Of a stretch of DNA of 64,000 nucleotides, positions 20,301 to 28,627 are shown in pieces (within the stretch, counting starts at the first letter, position 1; each line of letters starts with the position of its first letter). The notes under the pieces are model-generated. The model saw only the letters and a list, made by a program, of their open reading frames with translations. It had not been told where the DNA came from and ran no database searches. Both the position numbers and the translations under genes were made by a program. Location of the stretch: assembly GCA_050294405.1 (NCBI GenBank), contig JBNKOC010000022.1:1-64000 (forward strand), written 5' to 3'. Source of the stretch: Fibrobacteria bacterium (lineage in GTDB: Bacteria; Fibrobacterota; Fibrobacteria; UBA11236; JADFYW01).

Positions 20301-20346
20301 GTACCGACAGGGAATCGCCAAAAAACCCGGTTTAGGTTGCCCTTAA
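14395..20346 (+). CDS. giant multidomain GH9 glycoside hydrolase (endoglucanase) with Ig/Fn3-like modules and a FlgD/T9SS-like C-terminal domain
   Basis: VRVNQAGY (Ig-like N-domain), GGWYDCGDHLK, LGVNP..S.VFG.G, HPHHR and catalytic H.EV.LD motifs. Two Fn3-like repeats (L.PGT.Y.., GL.E.T.YYY) and a C-terminal WNQKD.EG..VGSGVY. The true start may be the TTG at 14428. Confidence 0.9.
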   Translation: MATNLRGIGGILSLKTAAFLKKIKGLTGLVCLLSGISLLHSQPEPLPYGLIANPLPDTLDQLVRDSLNINIGNVRVNQAGYRPQDNKWIYYVGNATSFTVINEQGVSVGQGSLSSLGETVSSSLSIRGSNNATREHNGDERYTLASPVFSGTLHEGKLPDGLAEGTYRVVVNADTSQPFAIHPKIYGMLKDALLKFYGIQRSGDSESWFHPPSHLQDGLPGGWYDCGDHLKEGITQSYAAAMLGLAAAVYPNRDTDHYRANHSQTVSPDGIPDILYELRHITQYVLTSYDLASGNIAQMITSVGDMQDHMWWGSPEYQEAQTPERGGPPRPLRQENSSPQFARFAAALASFSVGYRLYDSQMADKAIQVARELYAHAAAIYVSVNSPAYSGDNTIYDDMALAAVMLAWATKETQFIQDALYDVSIGQTAAPTLASFPKGLFAAGWFAKENGSLFHGGGNNTSYGSVQTPTLWALYKLILRDAATAQSFGINSDDRINLIEDVVYSLIKNISDISQGTATIDLPDPSNGDGKVGYNPLWKDMFIIQEWVWNRYQAGNMMDLFFYSDVAAEIEGMELPNSPASTDWKSAEVKELLVRQMDYMLGVNPWDISMVFGVGEKNFNHPHHRAANPEGKNVPGGFYKYRPPVGALQGSLPPVNPSAYAESWGDYFHSEVCLDGTTNLFLPTIGLAEDENLSRAPEVIVEIKYVGYNEAYLQLRQNMFGTSTLYYGVSADINSLSSVVITNPGVRHEIHLTDLQPGTSYYFYVVSTNSRSGEQTQEDNNGELYNFTTLLTPPDSADIQNVTVCNITHNSAEIVWYTPNGHYDSKVKWDLNQTPYVIMQNQKLGDDSGIPTKFHKVTIEGLQEQTTYYYGVESAGKIVTTDANGQPLKFTTPVEHVNFDLRTVTYGPTNNFFGIIMTNQDPKTYDSLELRIYITGTEEEMRIDKDPNSPVDPPLDVYELMARLDIGIKYNPAGFQDEHFKGIVEEALKTSGLIKIEDSYNPATGEWDWYFPISLGSAEMESGSRFRLDLTWVKRSPFFPYEDYYIEDPKHIPGVDEGDWSFRPHSRAAGDPADFGGVKKGSKDEDLDGNFWNLEINRYISVYRKGEFVWGYSPSAKEQSTKRAHYEINMELYAPFDVPNGSHIDLAGPSDFVYVSGWAHITEAGYVTDIWANGNRVPVTEQTAKYDLATDRWLLNIPVSLATGGNNVDVTIFAGPDPECAVCKQNGGCAFVNRSFFLEYSIAGRYLSQIKLLQNGSNVAAPFETSAGQQYSLELKDSVSAETNTAQVDVYSSTRGLLGTLSLTKSAEQTFQSSDFTISDNINANNSTQFYMEDGDSLWFIYVDPTDPGDSSRAFLQIPANFPQAQYGYLQDINEDGLIETIQIFYDRDISIPIDSINLPASRVLKPGNGDIFSSSANVLSITLATAMGAPSSAAGESYLTLADKIKKSNFNFAPIIKSARIGLNIDPSMGDTLEVAILGDLGLVSLPQFLFRNQNGDINTVAANLLTSNSNYIYLLLPPGIAANIEAGDWIKISGGISNSGGLATEANNPWAKVSGIPRIPLAKLDSGYYADADGNGQIDRMVFYFDSPIDVSRLDLLINWESEGIRFNINRFTYIDSSTLEADLQQVDNVTLPFSTGGSITAEDSYGQIELMDRAGISLLSAILTSPSEKMFIREGDVNESIQFLPDTLYLNLSEAIDISSLTTLSLWQGFFLFQEGCLSENPDIPLALSNIPRVSPKNPKVIKVPVVEGENGSKIKSGDCVGLFPNASIKDFAENANSPHKVGVTGGSSVTANFDSKIVVNILDGNINTSNGYSLPGKSSVPVLNDSNQVVGHKSFGQLNYWFSPIGMDVYGNVPSQKENGCLASGKIQAKEPFNPQCYSTIAILSEGAYSAEMVIYDHLGKWIRQDRQDFGFCGELLNEERKDFGRPLSFLVWNQKDEEGHLVGSGVYLIKVKYTFPNGNQLTEVYRQGIAKKPGLGCP

Positions 20347-20366
20347 TTAAAACAAGTTTTTACAGC

Positions 20367-21017
20367 TTACTCTTCTTCGCCGTGGATTTCTTCTCCAAGG
20401 CCTCCTTCTCCATCCGACTCTAAAACCGCTTCTTCTTCGGGGGGAGCCAATTCATCCTGGACCGACTCCTCACTGGATTCAGATTCCAAAATTTCTTTTA
20501 ATTTATCTAGTCCGGCTTGCAAGTCGGAACCAATCATTTCTTCCATATCCATAAACAAAAACATCAAGTTAAAAGGATAATCAATATGACCGCTAAAACC
20601 CCATTTAACCAATGTTTTATTTTCCTCTAATTTTTCTGTGGACATGTATGCAGGTTCCACTGCCTGCATCGGCGCAAAAAAGCGCAATTCGTAGTCCACC
20701 CGTTCGTTAGCCGTAACCCTTATAATTTCCTGTTCGCCTTTACCAACTTCCTTAACATCAGAATCCCAGGCAGAAACAAAACCTGGCTGGCCATCAGTAC
20801 CCCTATATTCTTTTTTCATGTTCGGGTCGCGGTTGGCCCAAACGGAGTAATTATTCTGATTTTTTAAATATTTAATGTATCCAAACACATCTTCCAGAGG
20901 CTTTTCAATTTCCACTTGCCGCTCTACGGCGTAGTTTTTTTCCACAAAGGCTGCAATAATTAATATCGCTCCTAAAAAAAGGATTAAAATGAGGGCTAAT
21001 CTTTTGGCAATTTTCAT
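20367..21017 (-). CDS. SRPBCC (polyketide cyclase/dehydrase-like) family protein with an acidic tail
   Basis: VER...I.KP...VF.Y...L.N...YS.W...DP, G.G.Q and IG.DL..GL.KLK motifs. Confidence 0.85.
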   Translation of the reverse strand: MKIAKRLALILILFLGAILIIAAFVEKNYAVERQVEIEKPLEDVFGYIKYLKNQNNYSVWANRDPNMKKEYRGTDGQPGFVSAWDSDVKEVGKGEQEIIRVTANERVDYELRFFAPMQAVEPAYMSTEKLEENKTLVKWGFSGHIDYPFNLMFLFMDMEEMIGSDLQAGLDKLKEILESESSEESVQDELAPPEEEAVLESDGEGGLGEEIHGEEE

Positions 21018-21094
21018 AAAAATTCTCTCAGGTTAAAGCTTATGGCTAATTTAAAAACTTTTAGCTCTCTGAGGATAAAATTAATGGGCCAGGG

Positions 21095-23089
21095 CTATAC
21101 AGCCCGAACGGAGTCATTGCGCATGATAAAGGATTTCGGCCCTTCCATGTCTTTATCCACCGTAAAAAAATTATCACCAATTTTTATGGTGACTCCGGCA
21201 TATATTTTACGTTTTATTAAAATCCGCGATTTTTCAATTTGCGAAAGTTTTTCCAAAATCAGATTTTTTCTCTCCTCCAAAGCCTGGAGCTGATTTTTCA
21301 CCTTGGATTGCATTTCCGATAATTTTTTCAATAATAACATTTCTTTTTGAGGCAGACTTTTTTTAACAGCCTGAATGCGAACCAACTTGGCCAAGTGCGT
21401 GTCTATTTTTAATTTCGACGAACCCAGCTCCCTGATTTTTTCTTCTGTATTAAATTTTTCTTCAACTAAGGCATAATCCAATCCCACTTCCAATTGGGTT
21501 TTGGTGCCCGACTCGTTTCCTGCAGATTCACATATAATTTCCCTGCGAGCGGTGGCAATGCCCCCCACAATGCCCAGTTTTTTACCCAATACCTCAATGG
21601 AATGCCGGGCGTATAACTTGCAGTTAATAGCTTCACCTATAATGTTTATGGATTTGCGACAACGCACCAGTTGATTACGGGCAAAGCCCAATCCCACTTC
21701 GCCTTTGGCTTCAATGGAACCTTCGCCATTGCCTAAGAACCCCGCTTTAATCAACACATTCCCGCCTACCGCAATTTTGGAATCTTCCACAATTCCCATC
21801 ACTTCCAAATCGCCGCCTACTTCGACCTGGAAACCGGATTTAATATCTCCCTGGACCAAAACGGTTTTGGGATAACGGATGTTTCCTGTGCTGAAATCCA
21901 CATCGTTGTTCACAATATAACATTCTGTTACTTCAATTAAATTTTGGTTTATTCTGGCATTCCCAGAAACAGAAGCAACCAGTATATCCGGGTCATCCTT
22001 ACTGGCTTCAGTGTTTTTTCCAAAAGGCAGTTTTCTATCTTTCCCATCGGGAGCAGGAAGAGCCATGCCCAGTAAGTTCACTCCGGGAGTTCCCCTGGTA
22101 GGAGGAATATATTTGGCCAGCGGTTCAAATGGCTCCACAGATTTAATAAGACTCACATTTTTAAAATCAACGGAGCCATCTTCCTTTTGTTCTGGTTTTA
22201 ATGAGGGGTTAAAATCAATCAGATATTCAATTTGCGCATCTTCTCCAGGCTTGGGAGCTTTGCCCCTGGCCACAACTGCCTCGGTGGGCTTTCCCGTTTG
22301 TTTAGCCTCTGTAATAAAACTGGAAATCTGGTCTGTTAATATTCCTGTTTTAACCATGTTGGATTTCAAAGCTTCCATTACCATTCCAGCGGTAAGCGGA
22401 GAGGAGTCTTTTGCTTCAGGATATAAAACGGCGCTGGCCACCATGTTAGTGGGGTCCAGTTTTAAATCCACATATCCATCAAAGATAACAGGAATAACAT
22501 CCAGTTTGTTTCCTATATAACATGCTATGCCTGTCTGTTTAGCCAGGTATTGTTTTTTGTTTAAATCAAAAGCTACGCCATCTCCGGTGTTGATGGATTC
22601 TCCATCCGCCACCCTTCCCTGAAGTTCCTCCCCAAAAATTGATGTGCCGGGAATCAAATCATTTTCAGTGGTTCTTTGCAACAACACAGAGTTGCTTTCC
22701 ACTTTGTCCACCTTGCAAAGAGGCATAATAGCGCTAATGTGTTTAACTTTAAGCTGGAAAATCTGGGTTAAAATATCTTTATCCGTAACGCCCTTAACCA
22801 GCAATTCCATCCCACCGCCCCCGGCAGTTTCCGGTGGAATGCCCTCTGCAACCAATTCATTTACAATATTTTTTTTAGAGCCATTCCACTGGCGGACTAT
22901 TTTTTCCAGTTGCTCGTCATGGACTCCGAAAACAATTCCCTGGCGTTTCAGGTTTTCTTTTAAATAGTCAATGTTTAGATCCGCATCCCCGGAGCCTGAG
23001 GCTATAATATTGATAAAACCCTTAAGTCGGTCACCGGATACGGTAACATCCATGTAGGGGTACTTAACCGTGGGGGTACCCAAAACCAT
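21095..23089 (-). CDS. FapA (DUF342) family protein
   Basis: Two N-terminal FapA_N-like repeats (G...G), VA.G..P..G.D, G.VDFK, DVDFSTGNI, beta-helix repeats and a C-terminal coiled coil. Confidence 0.85.
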   Translation of the reverse strand: MVLGTPTVKYPYMDVTVSGDRLKGFINIIASGSGDADLNIDYLKENLKRQGIVFGVHDEQLEKIVRQWNGSKKNIVNELVAEGIPPETAGGGGMELLVKGVTDKDILTQIFQLKVKHISAIMPLCKVDKVESNSVLLQRTTENDLIPGTSIFGEELQGRVADGESINTGDGVAFDLNKKQYLAKQTGIACYIGNKLDVIPVIFDGYVDLKLDPTNMVASAVLYPEAKDSSPLTAGMVMEALKSNMVKTGILTDQISSFITEAKQTGKPTEAVVARGKAPKPGEDAQIEYLIDFNPSLKPEQKEDGSVDFKNVSLIKSVEPFEPLAKYIPPTRGTPGVNLLGMALPAPDGKDRKLPFGKNTEASKDDPDILVASVSGNARINQNLIEVTECYIVNNDVDFSTGNIRYPKTVLVQGDIKSGFQVEVGGDLEVMGIVEDSKIAVGGNVLIKAGFLGNGEGSIEAKGEVGLGFARNQLVRCRKSINIIGEAINCKLYARHSIEVLGKKLGIVGGIATARREIICESAGNESGTKTQLEVGLDYALVEEKFNTEEKIRELGSSKLKIDTHLAKLVRIQAVKKSLPQKEMLLLKKLSEMQSKVKNQLQALEERKNLILEKLSQIEKSRILIKRKIYAGVTIKIGDNFFTVDKDMEGPKSFIMRNDSVRAV

Positions 23090-23220
23090 CTCCTTGGCGG
23101 TCTAGCGCTGTAAAGTCGAAAATTTCAGAAATTTTAAGCTCCAATTGCAAAATTTTGATTCATGATTCCAAATGATTGGCCAAAAAGCAATTATTTTTCA
23201 AATTTTACCAGTTCTAAAAA

Positions 23221-25239
23221 ATGATTGCCAGTTTAAAAGCAAAAATCCTTTTCCCCAATGTTCCCGAACCTCTTTGGTATGACGTTCCCGAAGAATTTGG
23301 TAAAATTAGTGTGGGCGCTTTGGTGGAAGCTCCTGTCTTAAGCCGGGCAAAACTGGGGATTTTAATTGAATTATCCAATGAGACCTTTAATTTTAACCTA
23401 AAACCACTCCTCTCCAATTTAGAGGGGCAATTTAAGGCGCATCAACAGTGGATTTCCCTTTTGGAATGGATTTCTCAATATTACCACTGCGCCCTTTCCC
23501 GGGTTTTGTTTGCAGCCTTTCCCAAAGAAATCCAAAAGCTAGTGGTCAATCCCAAAACCCCAAAAGAGACTTCAGACCCAAAAGAAAAACCAGAGCCTCT
23601 GGCCCTTGAAACTCCAAACCCCGAACAAAAAAAAGCCATTGCCTCTATTAAAGAATGCTTAAAGCAAAATCCAGCAAAATTTCAATCGTTTTTATTGCAC
23701 GGAATAACTGGAAGCGGAAAGACCCTGATTTATCTAAAGTCAGCACAAAGCTGCCTTAATAAAAACAGATGTGTGTTGTTTTTATTGCCGGAAATTGCTC
23801 TCACAGTCCAACTTATAGACAGAATTCAAACCCATTTGGATAAACCTGTTTATACCTATCACAGCAACATGAGCGCTAAAGAGAAAAAGAATTTTTGGTT
23901 TGCCCTGCGGAGTAAAAAAACAGCTGTGTTTGTGGGTGTGCGTAGCATGATATTGCTTCCCTTTACTAACATAGGACTAATCATTGTGGATGAGGAACAC
24001 GACGGCAGCTATAAGCAAACGGATAGTTTTCCCCGTTATAATGCAAGGGATGTTGCTCTCTATCGTGCCAGGCAATCCGGGGCCTGCTCCATATTGGGAA
24101 GCGCCACACCTTCTCTGGAATCCTATTATTTAGCCCAAAAGCACAAACACCAACTACTTGTCTTAAGTAAACGTGCCACCAATTCCAAGTTGCCAGAAAT
24201 TAAACTCATAAACATGCGGGAGCAAATGGAATTGCAGGGAGAAAGCCCCCTTTCTATTCCCCTAAGAGAAGCTTTGGCCGAGTGTATGGAAAATAAAGAG
24301 CAGGCCATTTTGTTGCTAAACAGAAGAGGCTTGGCCAAAAAAAGGCTATGCAAAAGCTGTGGACATATTCAAATCTGTAAAAACTGCATCAACCCGCTTA
24401 TTCCCCATAAACAACATCAAAGACTATTATGCCATTGCTGTGGCTATTCCTTGCCCTTAAACTCCAAGTGTATTTCCTGCGGTTCTGGCAATGTGGCGAA
24501 TGTGGGGGTAGCCATCGAAAAGTTTGAAGAGCAGTTAACCCTGTTGTTTCCAACGGCAAATATATTGAGACTGGATAGAGATAGTGTTTCCAGAGTAGGG
24601 GCGGCGGAAAAAATTCTGAGTCAATTTCGAAATGGAGATGCTGATATATTACTGGGCACCCAAATGGTAGCCAAAGGCCATGATTTTCCCATGGTAAATT
24701 TGGTAGGTGTTATCGACGTGGACTCGGGTTTAGGTATTCCTGACTTCAGAGCGCAGGAAAAGATTTTTCAATTGGTGACTCAAGTTTCTGGAAGAGCCGG
24801 GAGGCACTCCCATCGCGGCCAGGTTTTTTTACAGACTTATAACCCCGAAAACCCCGTTTTGCAATTCGCACTTAATCAGGATTTTGAAGAGTTTTATAAA
24901 TCCGAAATAAAAATGAGAGAAGAGCTATTTTACCCTCCTTGGAGCCGGATTTTTAAGGTGGAGTTTAGCGGGAAAAAACCACAGCAGGTAAAAGAAGCTA
25001 TTCAAATTTTTGGAAACCATCTTAAAGCTGCCGCTAAAACCTTCCCATTGCAGATAATGGGGCCAGGTGAAGCAGTATTCGCAAGACAAAAGGACATGTA
25101 CCGCTGGCAAATTTTTGGCAAAGCCAGGCAATTTTCCCAAATAAAGCAAGTTTTGGAAGTTACCATGAAAAATGTACAGGGTAAAATCCCCAAGACCGTC
25201 CATCACAGCGTGGATATGGACCCAATCCATCTCTTATAG
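23221..25239 (+). CDS. priA: primosomal protein N' (replication restart helicase)
   Basis: LHGITGSGKT, LPEIALT, DEEHD.SYKQ, GSATPS, LNRRG, four CxxC pairs, GTQMVAKGHDF and QVSGRAGR. Confidence 0.97.
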   Translation: MIASLKAKILFPNVPEPLWYDVPEEFGKISVGALVEAPVLSRAKLGILIELSNETFNFNLKPLLSNLEGQFKAHQQWISLLEWISQYYHCALSRVLFAAFPKEIQKLVVNPKTPKETSDPKEKPEPLALETPNPEQKKAIASIKECLKQNPAKFQSFLLHGITGSGKTLIYLKSAQSCLNKNRCVLFLLPEIALTVQLIDRIQTHLDKPVYTYHSNMSAKEKKNFWFALRSKKTAVFVGVRSMILLPFTNIGLIIVDEEHDGSYKQTDSFPRYNARDVALYRARQSGACSILGSATPSLESYYLAQKHKHQLLVLSKRATNSKLPEIKLINMREQMELQGESPLSIPLREALAECMENKEQAILLLNRRGLAKKRLCKSCGHIQICKNCINPLIPHKQHQRLLCHCCGYSLPLNSKCISCGSGNVANVGVAIEKFEEQLTLLFPTANILRLDRDSVSRVGAAEKILSQFRNGDADILLGTQMVAKGHDFPMVNLVGVIDVDSGLGIPDFRAQEKIFQLVTQVSGRAGRHSHRGQVFLQTYNPENPVLQFALNQDFEEFYKSEIKMREELFYPPWSRIFKVEFSGKKPQQVKEAIQIFGNHLKAAAKTFPLQIMGPGEAVFARQKDMYRWQIFGKARQFSQIKQVLEVTMKNVQGKIPKTVHHSVDMDPIHLL

Positions 25240-25353
25240 AGTACAGGCTTTCCTTTTTATGATTTACCTCTTGCCAGCTAAAGGTTCTAGCTGAAATTCT
25301 ATCCATTTGATGATAAAATGGGATTTTAGGAAGACTCACTAAAGAATAATCTT

Positions 25354-28122
25354 TTGGGGCTTTTAACTTATATGCAATCACTTTTGGTATCCAAATCCTT
25401 TTTGCTCTTTTCCCTTCTATTCTGTTTGATGTATGCAGTTATAGTTGGGGATAATATTTCCGAAACCCTGCTTCTTACTTTTTACAGCACCGACCAATTA
25501 TCCTTGATGTTTATCATTAATGCTTTGGGATTAATGTGTATCAGTTTGATTGTAATGGGAAAAATTGACAACATTCCCAGGCTGACATTGTATTCCATTT
25601 TGGTGGGCATTCAATGCGTGGTATTAACAGCTATCTGGGCATGCATTCTTTTGAATTTTCAGCCGGCATTTTTATTTCTTTTCAGTTTTGCCTATATCAG
25701 CAAAATCCTATTGTTTTTGGTTTTCTGGACTGTGGCCAATGATTTATGCGACTCCCGGGAAGCCAAATCCGTTTTTCCCATTGTGGGTGGTGGTGGAGTA
25801 TTGGGAGGCACTATTGCCTGCTTTTCCACCGCTTTTTTGGTGAAGCTGGTGGGCCCTGGTAACATGTTGTTTTTGTGGATAGTGCTTTTATTGCTTTCCG
25901 CTGGAATTTTGCTGCGTTTAAATAAAGTTTTTAAAAAAGAGCTGTCCTTTGTAAAAAAAGGCTCTCATAAGCAAACCCCTTTTCTAAAAGACCTTCAACA
26001 AAATTTCAATCTGGTGTCCAAGGAGCCCTTGCTGCGCTCCATGTCCGTGCTCTATTTTTTAATTTTCTTTCTTTTAATCAGCCTTGATTTTCATTTTTTC
26101 ACAAGCTTAAAATCGGGACTCACCGAAATGCTTGTACTTTCCGGCCAGGAACGCGCTATTGAACTTGTTCCGGGTTCTCCGGAGTTCAGGGCCGAACTAT
26201 CCAAGGAGCTTTCCTCCTTTTTAGGCCTGTTCCGGGGCCTATCCAACACGGTTACCTTTTTAATTCAATTGTCCATTACGGGAATCATATTGAGAACATT
26301 GGGAACGGCCCGTTCCATGTTTACTCTTCCCTTTGTTTTCACATTTATTTTCCTGGTTTGCTTTTTAGAAGCCAAGTTTCAAATTTTCCCTCCTCACATA
26401 CACAATCTCCCAGCGCCTTTTAACAACACTATGTTTCTAATAATCATGACCGGAACAGCTCTTAGAATCGCCTTATTTGACTCCTTGTTTTCTCCAAACT
26501 TTCAAATATTTTTCAGTTCCTTACCAACTAATATTCGCGGGCGCGGGAAAATGTTTATTGAAGGAATCGCGAAACCCCTGGCTATTATGTTAGCTGGCGG
26601 GTCTGTTTTATGGGTGGGCTTTTTTCTCTTAAAAAAAGCGCCGGAATTGGTATGGATTCATTATTTAGCCCTGTTTGTAACGGGCCTAGCCCTTTGTTTT
26701 ATTGTAATCAGGCTGCAAAAGGGATATACCGACAGCATTTCCAAATCCCTTGGTGGCGATAAGGCGGAGCAAATAGCCAGTGTGTTAAACGTGGATGACT
26801 GGAAAGCCAAAGATAACATTATTGAACTTTTAGTAACCCAATTGTTTGATCCGGAAGAAGATTTGCAATTGCTCTCCATTGAGATTTTATCCCAGTTAGA
26901 TACCCCAAGAGCCACTAAGCGATTAGAAAAAGTACTGCACCTCAAATCCTACTCGAAACGGGCCGATGTTATTCGGGCCCTTGGGCGCAACCGAAGGCTC
27001 CATTGGTTGTCTCTGGAACTGGAAAGTTTATTATGGGACGAGGATCCAAACCTTGTGGAAGCATGTATAGAAGCCACTATTTCCATGCCTTACAATGAGC
27101 GGGAAACCCTTATAATGCCTTATATTCAGCACGAAAACCTTATTTATTCCCTTTCTGCCATTAAAGTAATGTGGAAAGAAGGAAACGATTTAATTAAAAC
27201 CACTATTAAAGAAAGATTAAACCATATTTTACAAAAAGCCAATGTTAAAGAGTTGGAAAAATTAATGGAGTGCGTTTCCGAACTTGAAGATTTGAGATTA
27301 GTGGAATTTATGGAGAAGGCTCATGAAAAAATTCTGGAATCAAAACCGGGCCTGGCCCATCTTGAAAAATATTTGCTTTGTGCCTCCAAAATCCCCTCCG
27401 CGGAATATTTAGCTAAAATCTTTTCAAACCACGAAATAAAAAGCGATTTGGTTAAAAAGAGGCTTATAGACAACATGAGCTCCCAATTTGATATAGTTGA
27501 GCAAAACGTGGAAAAGTGGTGCAGCCAATTTGATTCGTTGCAAATGCAAAACTTGCTGGAATTTTTATTTAGGCAACGCCATCGTCCCTCTAAATCTCTT
27601 CAAAAAATATTTAAAATAAAACTCAGTGACTCCATAAAACAAGCCTACCAAACAGCCTGTAAAATTTCCGCCCTTTCCAAACAGAATGATTCAAAATCAA
27701 AACTGCTTATGCATTCCCTGCAGGAAGGCCCCTATTTAAATATCCTTACTAACATATCAAGGCTTATTGCCATGGTGGAGACATCAGGGCGTCTTTATTA
27801 CGTAATCCCACGCCTTTTTTCAACAGACAAATTCCATAAAACCACTGCTATCGAAGCCATTGAAACTTTATTGCCCCGGGATTTACATGAAAAAATCACT
27901 CCCCTATTCCTGGAAAACGATTTTGACAAACTCGTTAAAAAAGCAGGTAGCCTTGGCTGGAGCGAGCCGGAAAGCCCGGAACAGATTGCAGATTTTTACG
28001 CACATCAAAAATTGTTCCACTGGGCCCAAATTTGCGGAATTTATTATCAAATTATCAAAAACCCCAAAGAAAACAGGGAAATTCAGCTGAAAGAATTGCA
28101 TAATTTACTCACAGCCCATTAG
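25354..28122 (+). CDS. Npt/TLC-like MFS membrane domain fused to HEAT repeats
   Basis: About 12 TM helices with FW.VAND..D.REAK..FP and R.RGK.FIEG motifs, followed by an alpha-helical HEAT-like region. The start may be the ATG at 25372. Confidence 0.75.
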   Translation: MGLLTYMQSLLVSKSFLLFSLLFCLMYAVIVGDNISETLLLTFYSTDQLSLMFIINALGLMCISLIVMGKIDNIPRLTLYSILVGIQCVVLTAIWACILLNFQPAFLFLFSFAYISKILLFLVFWTVANDLCDSREAKSVFPIVGGGGVLGGTIACFSTAFLVKLVGPGNMLFLWIVLLLLSAGILLRLNKVFKKELSFVKKGSHKQTPFLKDLQQNFNLVSKEPLLRSMSVLYFLIFFLLISLDFHFFTSLKSGLTEMLVLSGQERAIELVPGSPEFRAELSKELSSFLGLFRGLSNTVTFLIQLSITGIILRTLGTARSMFTLPFVFTFIFLVCFLEAKFQIFPPHIHNLPAPFNNTMFLIIMTGTALRIALFDSLFSPNFQIFFSSLPTNIRGRGKMFIEGIAKPLAIMLAGGSVLWVGFFLLKKAPELVWIHYLALFVTGLALCFIVIRLQKGYTDSISKSLGGDKAEQIASVLNVDDWKAKDNIIELLVTQLFDPEEDLQLLSIEILSQLDTPRATKRLEKVLHLKSYSKRADVIRALGRNRRLHWLSLELESLLWDEDPNLVEACIEATISMPYNERETLIMPYIQHENLIYSLSAIKVMWKEGNDLIKTTIKERLNHILQKANVKELEKLMECVSELEDLRLVEFMEKAHEKILESKPGLAHLEKYLLCASKIPSAEYLAKIFSNHEIKSDLVKKRLIDNMSSQFDIVEQNVEKWCSQFDSLQMQNLLEFLFRQRHRPSKSLQKIFKIKLSDSIKQAYQTACKISALSKQNDSKSKLLMHSLQEGPYLNILTNISRLIAMVETSGRLYYVIPRLFSTDKFHKTTAIEAIETLLPRDLHEKITPLFLENDFDKLVKKAGSLGWSEPESPEQIADFYAHQKLFHWAQICGIYYQIIKNPKENREIQLKELHNLLTAH

Positions 28123-28141
28123 GGTTATTTGAGCTGAAAAT

Positions 28142-28627
28142 ATGGCAGAAACCAAAGATCCATTGTCACTCCTGCAGGATGTTATTTTCCTGAAAAACAA
28201 CCCCATCTTTAGTGAGGTGAAAACAGAGGAGCTCAAGGCGGTGGCAGCCATTGCCCAAGACAATATTTTTCCCAAAAACACGAAAATTGTAACAGAGGGA
28301 GACCCGGGAGATTCTTTATTTTTAGTAAAAAAAGGTATCATAAAAATCACCAAAACCATAGCCAGTCAGGAAGTTACTCTAGCTTCCCTGCCGGAAACAT
28401 CTTGTTTTGGTGAAATGGTCATCTTTGAAGATCAACCCCGTTCTGCCAGCGCTTACGCTGAAGAAGATTGCTTATTAATGGTAATTGAAAAAGAAGAGCT
28501 ACTGGAAGTTATCCGCCAATATCCGGGAATCGCCATCCAACTCTTTAAAGTTTTAGGAGGGCGGCTAAGGGATGCCAATGAAAAGGTAAAAGATCTCAGC
28601 ACTAAAATAAAGGAAATGGAAAAGTGA
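28142..28627 (+). CDS. stand-alone cyclic-nucleotide-binding domain protein
   Basis: EGDPGD.LF....G, FGEM and PRSASA phosphate-binding cassette; C-terminal coiled coil; no HTH. Confidence 0.9.
   Translation: MAETKDPLSLLQDVIFLKNNPIFSEVKTEELKAVAAIAQDNIFPKNTKIVTEGDPGDSLFLVKKGIIKITKTIASQEVTLASLPETSCFGEMVIFEDQPRSASAYAEEDCLLMVIEKEELLEVIRQYPGIAIQLFKVLGGRLRDANEKVKDLSTKIKEMEK

Noticed and set aside
23167..23183. sigma54-like element upstream of fapA (TTGGCCAATCATTTGGA)
   Set aside because: It lacks the invariant -12 GC.
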